DNA from: Octopus vulgaris | Lineage: Eukaryota | Length of the DNA stretch: 62,000 bases | NCBI GenBank assembly: GCA_951406725.2 | Contig: OX597824.1 | Location: forward strand, 32,260,001-32,322,000 | Direction of reading: 5' to 3' | Shown: piece by piece, positions 32,857 to 45,755 of the stretch | Position numbering within the stretch: position 1 is the first letter of the stretch | Layout: every line of letters starts with the position of its first letter | Position numbers and translations under genes: made by a program | The notes under the pieces: model-generated | What the model was told of the DNA's origin: nothing | The model's input: only the letters and a program-made list of their open reading frames with translations | The model's database searches: none

Positions 32857-33756
32857 GGTGGTGGTGGGAGTAGTGATGATGGTGGTGGTGGTGGTCGTGG
32901 TGATGATGGTGGTGGTGGTGGTGGTTGTGGTGGTCTTCGTGATGGTGGTGGTGATGGTCATGGGCGTAGTGGTGGTGGTGGTCATGGTGGTAGTGGTGAT
33001 GGTGTTGGTCGTGGTGGTGGTGGTGGTGGTGGCTGAAGCTGTCGTCTGGGTTCTTCCAATTTTTTCGTGTGTCGGTGGCGGCGTTGGCGTTCATGCTCGC
33101 ACCTGCACCTGTGTAGCTCCTCCCCTTCTTCCCTCCCTCGTGAAGCTGTGGGGAAGGCAGGGTAGGGAAATCAACGTCGTAAAGCGTTGTCAAGGAGACC
33201 AGCGTTCTTTTAGAACAACGACTTCATGGCTTGAAGTCGCCAAAACAGAAATCGCTAAAAAAGCTGAAACAGATCCACAAAAACGGCAAAAACCGCCACA
33301 CAGGGCAGGTTTCCTGTGCAAACAATTTGCACAACCGAATGTTTTAGTTGTTGCACAAATCTTTATATATAAAAGTGAAGTTGTGTGTCTGTCTCCTACG
33401 ATTTAGATTCCTAACTACTCCTACATTTTGCGGTGCAGTTTAACCAAAACCGGGTATCTTATAGTCGTGATTCATATCGAGCCCTTCTGGGTATTAGCAC
33501 GCGTCTACGATGAGTCTACGATTTAAAAAAAAATTTACCATCATTTTTTCCATTTTAATGCATTTTTTCGCTATTATATAAGGGAAGTAACTCTCTAAAA
33601 ATGTCTACGATGAGTCAACGATTAAAAAAAAAATTACCATAATTTTTTATTCCATTTTTAATGCATTTTTTTGCTATTTTTTTGCTATAACTCTCTAAAA
33701 ATGCTTATATTGTTATTTCCCTTACAAACACGAGCAACGCCAGGCGATACTGCTAG
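32070..33756 (+). mobile_element. Composite non-autonomous Helitron (two TC starts, internal duplication, GTG-type microsatellite)
   Basis: A|TCTATATATATAAAAGTGAAG at 32070 and again at about 33360; hairpin cgagcaacgccaggcg and CTAG at 33753-33756. Confidence 0.85.
32700..33035. repeat. Imperfect (GTG/GTT/ATG)n trinucleotide microsatellite
   Basis: Source of the poly-Val, poly-Thr and poly-His pseudo-ORFs. Confidence 0.95.
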
Positions 33757-33914
33757 CTACATATAACAGAACGTGTCTCGTCGGTTACGCTAGTAAAAGG
33801 AGACTACAACAACATGAGTGAGTGACAATAAGAGACGCTAAATGCAGGCGAACTGCAGTAAGTTCTGAAGTCACTTGTATTTTAATGAAAATGAAACAAA
33901 ATTTTTATCGTAAA

Positions 33915-34250
33915 CTAGCAGTATCGCCCGGCGTTGTTCGGATTTGTAAGGGAAATAACTATATAAGCATTTTTAGAGATGTAAAGTATAATAGCCATCT
34001 CAATATGGCTAACCACAAAGGGTGTGTGTGTGTGTTACTGTAGCTTTTTACGTTCTGAGATTTAATAATAAATTTTTAGAGAGTTACTTCCCTTATATAT
34101 GCCAAAAATGCATTAGAAATGGGAAAAATTGATGGTAAATTGTTTTTTAAATCGTAGACTCATCGTAGACGCGCGGTAATACCCAGAAGGGCTCGATATG
34201 AATCATGACTATAAGATACCCGGTTTTGGTTAAACTCTCTTTTATATATC
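33915..34250 (-). mobile_element. Non-autonomous Helitron, same family, inverted
   Basis: ctagcagtatcgcccggcgttgttcgg 3' end at 33915. Confidence 0.85.
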
Positions 34251-34534
34251 GTAAATTATATCAATTTCAAACACACAAAATCACATATCGAATCTTTTCC
34301 TTTTGAACGGCACATTGTAACATAATTTCTAGGTAACTAAAAGGTTTTAAACTTCGTATACTGGTATACTGCATCTAGGGCAGTCAACTGTGTTGGGAAT
34401 GATATTAAGGACAACTTGAATAGAACTTGGTACCAACAATCGTCTTGTAAACAACTGTTCTTAGACAAAAGACTGACCTTTCATTGACCAGTGTTTACTC
34501 ATCCATTCTTCTGGTGTAGAGGATTTCCCGCTCC

Positions 34535-35408
34535 TTGGTACAGAACAAGTTCTTATTCATTTCAGTCGTAGATGACTGCCCAAGATGCAATTTACCATGT
34601 ACATTGCGCGAAAATACAAACATCTTCCGATGTGGAAGGACTGTTCGCCGTCGAAGGCAAAGGCCAACGCAATGTGGATATTCAATATCCCTATACAGCA
34701 ACACATTTTTGGAGCGGAGTCAGCTACCACCCTGTAAAATCTTGTTATTTGTGAATTACTTCCTTACAGACTGTTGGTCGCACGCATTAGACGTGGAAAA
34801 TTTGAACATTTCGTATCCGACCTCAATTGATTGGCGATCCTTCTGCTCCGAGGTTTGTCAGCATTGGGTAGAGAATTACCAGGACCAAATCGGTGGACCA
34901 GGAGTTGAAGTGGAGATCGATGAAACAGTTACTGTAAGGAGAAAATACAATCGCGGAAGACTCACAAAAACTATCTGGCTTTTCGGTGGGATAGAGCGAA
35001 TAGGCAAAAAAAAAGTTTTGATACCTCTTTCATCTGAGTGTGGTGAAGAGGAAAGGCGAGATGCCGCCACGCTGATCCCCTTAATTACCCGATATATACG
35101 CCAAGGGTCGGTAGTATATAGCGATTCTTGGGCTGCATATAACTCTCTTGGAAATCTCGGGTATACCCACTTCCGCATCAACCACAGTGAAAACATTTGT
35201 GGATCCGACAAACGCGTCGGTGCACACACAGACGATAGAGAGATTGTGGGGGTCAGTGAAGAGATCGGTTGTTCGCCCAGACATTCGTGCCTGTTACTTA
35301 AAACAATACCTCGCGAAGTTCCTTTTTATGGACAGCATTAAACCTGCTGCCAAGAGAATACACGTATTCTTATTGGCAGCAGCAAGTCTTTATCCTGGCC
35401 CGAGATAA
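34535..35408 (+). mobile_element. Merlin (IS1016/ISXO2-like) transposase with one frameshift
   Basis: CPRC..C zinc knuckle, GGPGVEVEIDET, RKYNRGR, WLFGGIER, VYSDSWAAY; after an extra A at about 35195 the frame continues FVDP..VHTQTIERLWGSVK...YLKQYLAKFLF. Confidence 0.92.
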
Positions 35409-35669
35409 TTTTTTCCTCCAAACGCAACCCATCTCATTTCTTTATCAACACTGTCGATGGACCACTCAAAGAGGTATGTATACATTATCATTTTCGTAAC
35501 ATAATTTCTGTAGTATTTCAAGATGTTTCTGACACGTATTTTGATTCACATGGCGGAGATCCAACATTTCTTCACTTTTTCCAGAATTTCTTCTCTTTAT
35601 TTTTTTTTTTTTGCGAAATATGTACAAAAATACGGAGTTTATGATTCATGTGTGAGTGTGTGTTCTTGA

Positions 35670-36150
35670 TACTCGTTTAGAACAAGTAGTTTTACACCAA
35701 TTACACTATTTTTTCTTAGTTTAAAGGTCGTGGACTGAAGATGGGAAATTTCCGAAGCCTCTCTCCCACCCCCTTTCGCGAGCGCGCATTTTTTTTTATC
35801 ATATTCGTTTAGAGCGAGTTGTTTTACACCTATTACGCTGTTTTTGTTTTTGTTTTTGTGCCCGGTTCAGACGCTTTCGGAAATTCCCGATATAAATATT
35901 CCGAGGCCTCTCCCCCACCCCTCTTTCGCGAGTGCGCATTTTTTTGTCATATTCGTTTAGAGCAAGTTGTTTTACACATATTACACTATTTCTTTTTTGT
36001 TTTGGTGCCCGGGTCAGCCCCTCAGACGCTTTCGGAAATACCCGATGTGAATTTTCCGAGGCCTCTCCCCCCCCCCCTTTCGCGTGCGGGCATTTTTTTT
36101 TCATATTCGTTCATAGGAAGTTGTTTTACACCTATTACACACATTTTTTT
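35670..36150. repeat. About 150-bp tandem repeat x about 3.2 downstream of Merlin
   Basis: ttccgaggcctctcccc...tttcgcg...catattcgttt...gttgttttacac recurs at about 35750, 35899, 36054. Confidence 0.85.
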
Positions 36151-36184
36151 TTTATTTTCTGAAAGGCGTAACGCTTTATATTAA

Positions 36185-36246
36185 CCATATATATATATAT
36201 ATATATATACCGCGAGTCCACTGCCCTAACTACTAGGCTATTGCGC

Positions 36247-36333
<87 letters not shown>

Positions 36334-36584
36334 TGATGTTTCGTTTGTCGTAGCACACGTTTCCGTCGATTTCCTCCGTCGATTTCCGTAAAAAATGTAA
36401 ACACTGAATCGGCCATACATACATACATACATACATACATACATACATACACACATACATACATACACACATACATACACACACATACATACACACACAT
36501 ACATACATAGATACATACACACACACACATACATGCAGACATACATATACACATACACCGAGTAAAAAATTACACTGAATCGGC

Positions 36585-36618
<34 letters not shown>

Positions 36619-36880
36619 TACTTACACACACACACACACACACACACATACATACACACACACATACATAGATACATACACACACACACATACATATACA
36701 CATACACCGAGTAAAAATTTCAGTTATCTCTCTCTTTCACACATTACTTTCTCTGTCTCTTCGCACGCACTAACAGAAGCACTTCACTTACACAGCATAC
36801 TGTCTGTCTCCCACACCCCATCAAACACACACACGGGGACTTCAAAAAGAAATTCACTCGTCATAAAATTGCTCGTCATA

Positions 36881-36915
<35 letters not shown>

Positions 36916-36953
36916 CCGTGAGTCCGCTGCCCTAACCACTAGGCCATTGCGCT

Positions 36954-36995
<42 letters not shown>
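36185..36995. repeat. Compound microsatellite block (TA)n, (TACA)n, (CA)n
   Basis: Direct reading; similar blocks at 37505-37615, 37880-37935, 38990-39135, 39355-39550, 40175-40232, 41557-41625, 45110-45240, 50165-50250. Confidence 0.95.
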
Positions 36996-36996
<1 letters not shown>

Positions 36997-37506
36997 ATAT
37001 ATATAAAACTGTAGTTGTGTGAGTGTCTGTCCCCTTCGATTTAGATTCCTAACTACTCCCACATTTTGCGGTGCAGTTTAACCAAATTCGGGTATCTTAT
37101 AGTCGTGATTCATATCGAGCCCGTCTGAGTATTAGCGCGCGTCTACGATGAGTCTACGATTTTAAAAATAATTTAACATAATTTTTTATTCCATTTTAAT
37201 GCATAATTTTTCGTGTGTCGATGGCGGCGGAGTTGGCGTCCATGGTCACACCTGCACCCGTTTGCTTCTCCCCCTTCTTCCCTCCCTCGAGAAGCTGTGG
37301 GGAAGGGAGTGTAAGGAAATCAACGTCGTAAAGCGTTGTCAAGGAGACCAGCGTTCTTTTAGAACAACGACTTCATGGCTTGAAGACACCAAAACAGAAA
37401 TGGCTAAGAAAGCCCGAATTGGCATCTATAAGGGAAGTAACTCTCTAAAAATGCTTATATAGTTATTTCCCTTACAAACCCGAGCAACGCCGGGCGATAC
37501 TGCTAG
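36994..37506 (+). mobile_element. Non-autonomous Helitron (same family as 32070)
   Basis: A|TCTATATATATAAAAC start; cccgagcaacgccggg hairpin, CTAG|T end. Confidence 0.9.
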
Positions 37507-37549
37507 TATATATATATATATACATACATATATATATATACATATATAT

Positions 37550-37614
<65 letters not shown>

Positions 37615-37618
<4 letters not shown>

Positions 37619-37877
37619 GCGCAATGGCCTAGTGGTTAGGGCAGCGGACTCGCGGTCGCAGGATCGCGGTTTCGATTCCCAGACCGGGTGTTGTGAGTGT
37701 TTATTGAGCGAAATCACCTAAAAGCTCCACGAGGCTCCGGCAGGGGGTGGTGATCCCCGCTGTACTCTTTCACCACTCTTTCTCGCATAGCCAGCAGGGT
37801 GGCGTCATTTGAAGGCTAAAAAACAATGCGAACGCATTGTGACCAGCGATGTGTAACAACATCTGATGGTGTGGTCT

Positions 37878-37938
<61 letters not shown>

Positions 37939-37955
37939 TGATGGTCTGGTCGTGA
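37615..37955 (+). mobile_element. tRNA-derived SINE (family E) in (TA)n
   Basis: gaggcgcaatggcctagtggttagggcagcggactc...gtttcgattccc head; tail acatctgatggt duplicated around (TA)n. Confidence 0.8.
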
Positions 37956-37969
37956 TATATATATATATA

Positions 37970-38602
37970 AGATTGAGAAATTGACAAGCGAGAGGAAGTA
38001 AGGAGGATGACAGCGAAGAAGCTGGACTACTTATAGTAGGGTTTTGTGATGTTCAGGAAGTGTTGCCGGTATTGTTGTTTATGTTTCGATTTGTGTTTGG
38101 ACTTTAATGTTGAATTATGATGTTTGAAAAAGAGACTCTGTAAAAAGAACGTGTAATCTGTTTAAGAAAAAAAGAACTGTAAGATGTGTTTCTAAAAGGA
38201 AAAGAACATTGTGTAAGAAAGAAAAGAGAAAGACTTTGTTTTGATTGTTTTCCAAATTCTGTAATGTGCATGTCAACTGATTGTTGTCGGACGTTGTATT
38301 TTGCTGAATGCCATTGATTGTTTTTTTAAAACTCTGTGTACGATCTGTTAAATGTATTTGAAACGTATTACCTTTAATTGATGTTGTAAAAATTATATAA
38401 ATTGTTGTTAAATGTAAGAAACTGCCTCCGCTGTCTCTCTTCCTTTGTTGTTGTCTCCGGTCACTAGTTTGCGTTCGCTGTCAATTTCCGCTTTCAGTGG
38501 TGGACCTCCGATCTGACTGAGCGTAGTCGTCGTCGCTCGACTTAGGGTCCTGAGCCGAGTTGAGCGACGGCACGTCGTAACAACTGGTGTCAAAAGTGGG
38601 AT
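37970..38602 (+). mobile_element. LTR (3' end ...cgtaaCA at 38582) plus tRNA-Leu-type primer binding site
   Basis: TGGTGTCAAAAGTGGGAT at 38585-38602 is one mismatch from TGGTGTCAGAAGTGGGAT, the complement of the tRNA-Leu 3' end; 5' TG terminus not seen. Confidence 0.7.
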
Positions 38603-38666
38603 ATTTTGATTGCTGCAGTTAATCGGTTGTTTGCCATGGAAGCACACTCTAAGTTGTATAGTATAG

Positions 38667-38837
38667 TATAAAAGATAGGTAAGGCCGGTCTATGGAGTTT
38701 ACCCTGGGTTTCACGTCCATAAAGCGCTTAGCTTTACAGCGTATCATCAGACAGGTTTTGAGGTCTGATGATAAAGCAATGCTTTATGGAAGTGAAACCC
38801 AGGGTAATCCCATAGACCGGCCTTATCTATCTTTATA
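38667..38837. repeat. About 170-bp near-perfect palindrome, TA-flanked, with hammerhead-like cores on both strands
   Basis: aaagataggtaaggccggtctatgg...tcatcagac / gtctgatga...ccatagaccggccttatctatcttt. Confidence 0.88.
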
Positions 38838-39035
38838 ATATATAAAGGAGTGGCTGTAGGTAAGTAGCTTGCTTACCTACCACTTGTTCGCGTTCAGTCC
38901 CACTGTGTGACTCCTCGGGCAAGTGTCTTCTTCTATAGCCGCGGGCCGACCAAAGCCTTGTGAGTGGATTTGGTAGAAACTGAAAGAAGCCTATGTGTGT
39001 GTATATATATGTATCTATATCTATATCTATATCTA

Positions 39036-39135
<100 letters not shown>

Positions 39136-39351
39136 GTATGTATGTATGCATATGTTAGTGTGTCCTGTGTTTGTCCCCCCACCATCACTTGACAACCGAT
39201 GTTGGTGTGTTTACCGCGACTTAGCGGTTCGGCAAAAGAGTCTGATAGAATAAGTACTAGGCTTACAAACAATAAGTTCTGGAGTGGATTTGTTCGACTA
39301 AACGCGGTGCTCCAGCATGGCCGTAATAAAATGATTGAAACAATTAAAAGA

Positions 39352-39382
<31 letters not shown>

Positions 39383-39400
39383 TGTATGTATGTGCGTATG

Positions 39401-39446
<46 letters not shown>

Positions 39447-39488
39447 CATGCATACATACATACATGCATTATACACACACACACACAC

Positions 39489-39550
<62 letters not shown>

Positions 39551-40186
39551 TATGAAGGCGCATTCGGCTCACGATTGTAAGGTCGTGAGTTCAATTCCCG
39601 GCGACGCGTTGTGTCCTTGAGCAAGACATTTTATTTTTCCTGTTGCTCCAGTCCATTCAACTGGCAAAAATGAGTTGTACCTGTATTTCAAAGTGCCGGC
39701 CTTGTCACACTCTGTGTCACGCTGAATCTCCCTGAGAACTACGTTAGGGGTACACGTGTCTGTGGAGTGCTCAACCACTCACACGTTAATTTCACGAACA
39801 AGCTGTTCCGTTGATCGTATCAGCTGGGACCTTCATCGTCATAACCGACGGAGTGCTCCTACTAGTGCTCCTATGTATCTATATTTATATATATGTGTAC
39901 ATATAAACTAAAAGTGATGAGGTAAAAGTGGTGAATATATGGTTATTTAACCACCTGACATCCTTAGAGTTACGGGTGTTTCGCAACCTTTTTCATGTAG
40001 TATGAATTTCAGTGTGAAAGAAATTAAGCTTTCATGGTTGTATTAAAATGCTCGGTATTAAACAATACAGTTGTATATACACAAACCAATGGAAGCAAAG
40101 AAAGCTAGCTCCTGGGATCACTAGAACATCATGGTTATATTAACGACCAACTCGATGTGTGTATGTATATGTCTGTGTGTATGTGT

Positions 40187-40235
<49 letters not shown>

Positions 40236-41107
40236 TGTTTTACTAGCTCCTTGCTTTGACATTATGCAAGTGTCACTGTTATGCAAGAGATATCCCTTCC
40301 ACGTAATCAAGTGAGGGCTGGCGATGAGAATGATATCTGTCTATACAAACTCTGTGTAACCCATGCGAGTATGGAAAAGCAGATCTTTCGCACCCCCCCC
40401 CACACACATTACATGGCTGATGATATTTCTAACCGAGGCGTTGCAACTGTATCTGATTGTTCAAGTGATTCAATTCGCCTTTACCTTCGGAACGCGGAGT
40501 AGACGAAACGGAGGCGGCTGAAGAAGGGGAATTTTCCTTGTGTCGTATGTCATTTTTCGTTGTTTTCCACGGTTCTGTTTTTATGTTTTCGTTTCTCATT
40601 GTGTTCGACGTTTTTTTTTTTTTGGTGTCCTGTACCTATATATGCATGTATATATACATATAGATGTAGGTACGTACATATATGCATGTATATATGCATA
40701 TGTTTTATTTATTATTTTATTACATATATTTACTAGATTGCTGACATCTATCAATGATTTCGCCCATTGCTTTCGATGTGCAATGTTCTATCATTAATAA
40801 AACAGTCGGCATTTTTGATAATAGTTATATGCTAGTAACACAATAAAGTATATGAGATTGAGCGTGACATAATTCAGACAATGGTTCACAAAAAATGATC
40901 AAATGTATATGGATACAACCGCATTCTGTTATAAGAATATTAATCATCGGATAATATTTGAGCAGTATCTTTGCCCTTCTATCTGTTACTATTTTTCTTG
41001 AGTTTCTTCTACCTGTACTTTGAAATGCAGTTATATACCTTGTTTCAAAAAGTTCTAACAGGTAGTTGAATACTTGTGATCCAATATAATCACTTCTCTA
41101 GTTATTA

Positions 41108-41415
41108 CTAGCAGTATCGCCCGGCGTTGCTCGGGTTTGTAAGGGAAATATCTATATAAGCATTTTAGAGAGTTACTTCCCTTATATAAACCGAGAAAAA
41201 AAATGCATTAAAAATGCGAAAAAATGATGGTAAATTTTTTTATCATCGTAGACTCATCGTAGACGCGCGTTAATACCCAGAAGGGCTCGATATGAATCAC
41301 GACTATAAGATACCCACTTTTGGTTAAACTGCACCGCAAAATGTGGGAGTAGTTAGGAATCTAAATCGGAGGAGACAGACTTTCACACACACAACTTCAG
41401 TTTTATACATAAAGA
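41108..41415 (-). mobile_element. Non-autonomous Helitron
   Basis: ctagcagtatcgcccggcgttgctcggg end; TC start at 41415. Confidence 0.88.
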
Positions 41416-41553
41416 TATGGCAATCCTTCGGTATTGGTAGGCGACGTCATTCACCCATACAGCCTTCCCTCATGACAGAGAGGCAAGGATGAAAAAGAGA
41501 GTGAATAACGTCGTCTCCTCATATTGATGCTCTAGAGGCCAATACCGAAGGAT

Positions 41554-41621
<68 letters not shown>

Positions 41622-41627
41622 CACAGA

Positions 41628-41846
41628 GGAGGGTGTTCTGAAAAGTTCCTGGCTTTAAGTGTACCGCGAAAGGTCTGGCTGGAGGCCCAACCTTCCAAGT
41701 TCTTTTGCAGGGCTTAGAAAAACGGAAGGACAGCTGCAATGAGTGTGTGAATCTGAGAATGAATTATGTTAGGTAACATCATAATTAACTGATCCTCCTG
41801 TATTTTCTCTTATCCAAAGCCAGGAACTTTTCAGCAACCTCTCGTA
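41628..41846. mobile_element. Mariner-type MITE
   Basis: TIRs gagggtgttctgaaaagttcctggctt / aagccaggaacttttcagcaacctctcgta. Confidence 0.85.
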
Positions 41847-42345
41847 GTTCCAATTCCGCCGAGGTCGACTTTGCCTTTCATCCTTTCGGGGTCGATAAAA
41901 ATAAGTTCCAGTTACGCACTGGGGTCGATGTAATCGACTTAATCCGTTTGTCTGTCCTTGTTTGTCCTCTCTGTGTTTAGCCCCTTGCGGGTAGTAAAAA
42001 AAGAAGTATTTCATCTGTCTTTACGTTGAGTTCAAATTCTGCCGAGGTCAACTTTGTCTTTCATCTCTTCGGAGTCGATAAACTAAGTACCAGTTACGCA
42101 CTGGGGTCGATGTAATCGACTTAATCCATTTGTCCTTGTTTGTCCCCTCTGTGTTTAGCCCCTTGTGGGTAGTAAAGAAATAGGTATTTCGTCTGTCTCT
42201 ACGTTCTGAGTTCAAATTCCGCCAAGGTCGACTTTGCCTTTCATTCTTTTAGGGTTGATAAATTAAGGACCAAGTTGCGTACTAGGGTTGATCTAATCGA
42301 CTGGCCCTTCCCCCAAATTTCCGGCCTTGTGCTTAAAGTAGAAAA
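41845..42345 (+). mobile_element. SINE B tandem array (about 3 units, headless)
   Basis: Repeated gtcgactttgcctttcatcc...ccccttgtgggtagtaaagaaata units. Confidence 0.85.
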
Positions 42346-44108
42346 GAAGTTTCAAAAAAGTTTATATTGATGCAAACACAACCAACACAACCACAAACAA
42401 CATAAAATTCGCCTATATGTACATGCACAGACACCCGCAGCATAAAAAGCTATTGTCCTTGAAAAAAAAAAGAATGAGAAAAGCATTACGGCACATCGTC
42501 TGCCAACTACAAACACATATGTATGATATTATTTTCTGTGTTGTGACCATGTATTTGGTCTATATTGTGATCCTTTGTGACGCTTTGTGACCATTTTGAA
42601 CCGTTTCTCTTATGGTTGTGAAAATTTTGCCCTTATGGTTTCAATAATGTTTATAAACTGTAATTGTCTTTGTTGTTTCAACTGCTAATTTTTTACTGCA
42701 TATTTTCGTTTCGTTTGCGGTATGACAAACTCACTGCAACGAGACTACTGTAACGAGATCCCGACTGAGATTTGAACCATGGCTCTCAGATTTTCCTAGT
42801 CTAGAATCACGAACTAATGTATCTCCATAAAAGGAAAAGTATCGCCATAAAAACGTTTTAACACTTACGTGAATATGGCTCGGCTAATCGTCTCTGGCTG
42901 ACTCATTATGGTTGAGGCAGCGATCTTCATAAGAAATACGTGTTTTACCCGCCTAACAGTTGGTATAACTATGAATTTTTGAAAATATTTAAATGTAATT
43001 TTTACCATGCTATTTCTTGGAGAACATCCAAAAATAAACATTTTGATACCTCATTTATGAAATTTGGACAAATATTTTAGGAAATATGACCACATGAATG
43101 GTAAACAAATTGGTTGAAGTTTTGGTTAATTTGCCTAAATGATTAAGTTGCTATATTTGAAACTAAGGTGATAATCATCTTAAAATCACACAAATTAATA
43201 GTGACCAGGGTATAGTAGTTGCCTATTTTTGTTTTTTCTGACTCTTGGAGAGAAAACTTCTTTTGGCAATATTTTAGATATGTTTACGTAAAGCCTATTT
43301 TGTTACGTGTAACAAATGGTCGATTTTGCAGTGTTTTCAGACCTAGCTAAATCCAAAATAATTATAAGTCACAAGAACTTGAATTTTGGCACGTTTGTAA
43401 CAGGTACGAACACTAGCGTAGCGGGGTGGAGGCTAACGTTTCTTATTTCTTTATTGCCCACAAGGGGCTAAACATAGAGGGGACAAACAAGGACAGACAA
43501 AGGTATTAAGTCGATTACATCGACCCCAGTGCGTAACTGGTACTTAATTTATCGACCCCGAAAGGATGAAAGGCAAAGTCGACCTCGGTGGAATTTGAAC
43601 TCAGAACGTAACGGCAGACGAAATACAACTAAGCATTTCGTCCGGCGTGCTAACGTTTCCGCTATCTCGCCGCCTTTAACGACCCACTTAATGTCACTTC
43701 TAACAACTCACACCTCTACGCATATACTACTACTCTTCAATCTTTGACCTGCTATCTCTTGACACTGAGCTTTCATGAGTCATGAAACCGGCTTTTGAAA
43801 ATGTTGTGTGACCACAGAGAGAACAAGTAAGAGTATATCTAGACCTTCTGTTATACAGTTGTCCAACGACCTGCAGTTTTCGGAAGTTACCTTTTACTTT
43901 TGGAAAAGCAATTTGATTTTTCCCAAACTGCTAGCTATTCTTTCTTTTTACAGCCACCATTCACTTTTCTTCATATAAACTACATGGATTAAAGTACTGA
44001 GAAATCAAACTTTAGTACAGTCTCGTCTTCACACGCAACCTACAATATGCATAGCCCAAGAAGACTATATAACTAGCCATCACATTAAACGCCAATGAGT
44101 TTTCTAAA

Positions 44109-44461
44109 TCTATAAAACAGTCCTTGGACGAAAATTGTATGCACATTTTACTTTGACGGTTAATTGCGTGATGAGGATGAGACCCGCGATGGTTAAAATT
44201 CGCAAGCTAGAAAGATGTGGTTGTTATGGCAAAAAGAGTGATTTTTTTATCGATTGAAGGGGGCCCAGAGCCCCTCTAGGTTTGTGCAATTGACTTTTAA
44301 TGCCCAACGGCATGCACTGCAGGCTGTTGTGCTTAATAAACATACATTTTGTTGCGACATTCCGGCTGCTAGGAAACGACGATTTTAATAAAATTTTCGT
44401 TTTTTTTTTTTAATTCTTCATTTTTAAAATGTGGCCCGAGTAGACCGGGTTATAATACTAG
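44109..44461 (+). mobile_element. Non-autonomous Helitron, different family
   Basis: A|TCTATAAAAC start, hairpin cccgagtagaccggg, CTAG|T end; a 130-bp internal segment recurs inverted at about 61600-61725. Confidence 0.75.
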
Positions 44462-45715
44462 TCAGCTATATTTTTATATCGTTGTGTGAGTAGTTTTATG
44501 GGTGTGGTTTATGTGCAATCTGTGGCAATACTAATTACTGGGTCTTCAGCTATACTTCTATTTCCTTGTGCGACTGGTTTTATGGGTGCGGTTTGTGTAC
44601 AATTTGTGGCAGTGCGAATTACTCTTTCGAGAAAATTACATTTTATTAATGTTTATGGTATATTTCCGAATGACTGCGGCTATGTTAAGGCACCGCCAGT
44701 GAAACCTAGTCTGGTACTTATTCCATCAGTCTCTTGTGTCGAACCGCTAAGTTACGGGGAAGTAAATGCATCAACACCAGTTGTCAAACGGTGGTGCGGG
44801 ACAACACACACACCATATTATATATATATGTATATATATATGTATAATAATAATAAATGCGCCCTTTTAAAGCCTAGCCAGGCTCATGGGCCCGGTTTCC
44901 CGGTTTCCATGGTGTATGTGTTCCCCAGCTGGATGGGACGCCAGTCCATCGCAACGTTACTCATTTTTGCCAGCTGAGTGGACTGGAGCAACGTGAAATG
45001 AAGTGTTTTGCTCAAGAACACAACGCATCGCCCGGTCCAGGAATCGAAACCACAATCTTACGATCATGATGCTGACACCCTAACCACTAAGCCACGCGCC
45101 TCCACATATATATGTATGCATGTATGTATGTATGTATGTATGTATGTATGTATGTATGTATATATGTATGTGCGCACACGTACGTACGCATACACGCACA
45201 CACGCACACACACACACACAGACGCATACACACACACACACGACGGGTTTCAGTTTCTATCGACCAAATCTACTCACAAAGCTTTGGTCAACTCGAAGCT
45301 ATGGTGAAAGACACTTGCCCAAGGTGTAACGCAGTGAGACTGATTCCAGAACCATGTTGTTGGGAAGAAAACTTCTAAGCTCACAGTCACGCCTGCGTCT
45401 CACCAGTTCAGTTAAATGTCGTCTAAGTGGAATTGACGAAGCTTTAAGTTAATACTATGCAGAATAGACACAATAATAAGAAAATTATATACCCTACAAA
45501 AGTCTCCAGAACAACTGTCTAGGAGTGGCTGTGTGGTAAGTTGATTGCTTACCAACCACATGGTTCCGGGTTCAGTCCTACTGCGTGACACCATGGTCAA
45601 GTATCTTCTACTATAGCCACGGGCCGACCAGAGCCTTGTGAGTGGATTTGGTAGACGGAAACTGGAAGAAGCCCGCTGTAATATATATATATCTATATAT
45701 ATATATATATATATG

Positions 45716-45755
<40 letters not shown>

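Noticed and set aside
32587-33406. Long poly-Val, poly-Thr and poly-His ORFs (up to 249 aa)
   Set aside because: These are translations of a GTG/GTT trinucleotide microsatellite inside a Helitron, open in several frames on both strands.
40500-40550. CTGAAGA hammerhead-like start (ggctgaagaaggggaattttcctt)
   Set aside because: No GAAA after stem II, so the core is incomplete.
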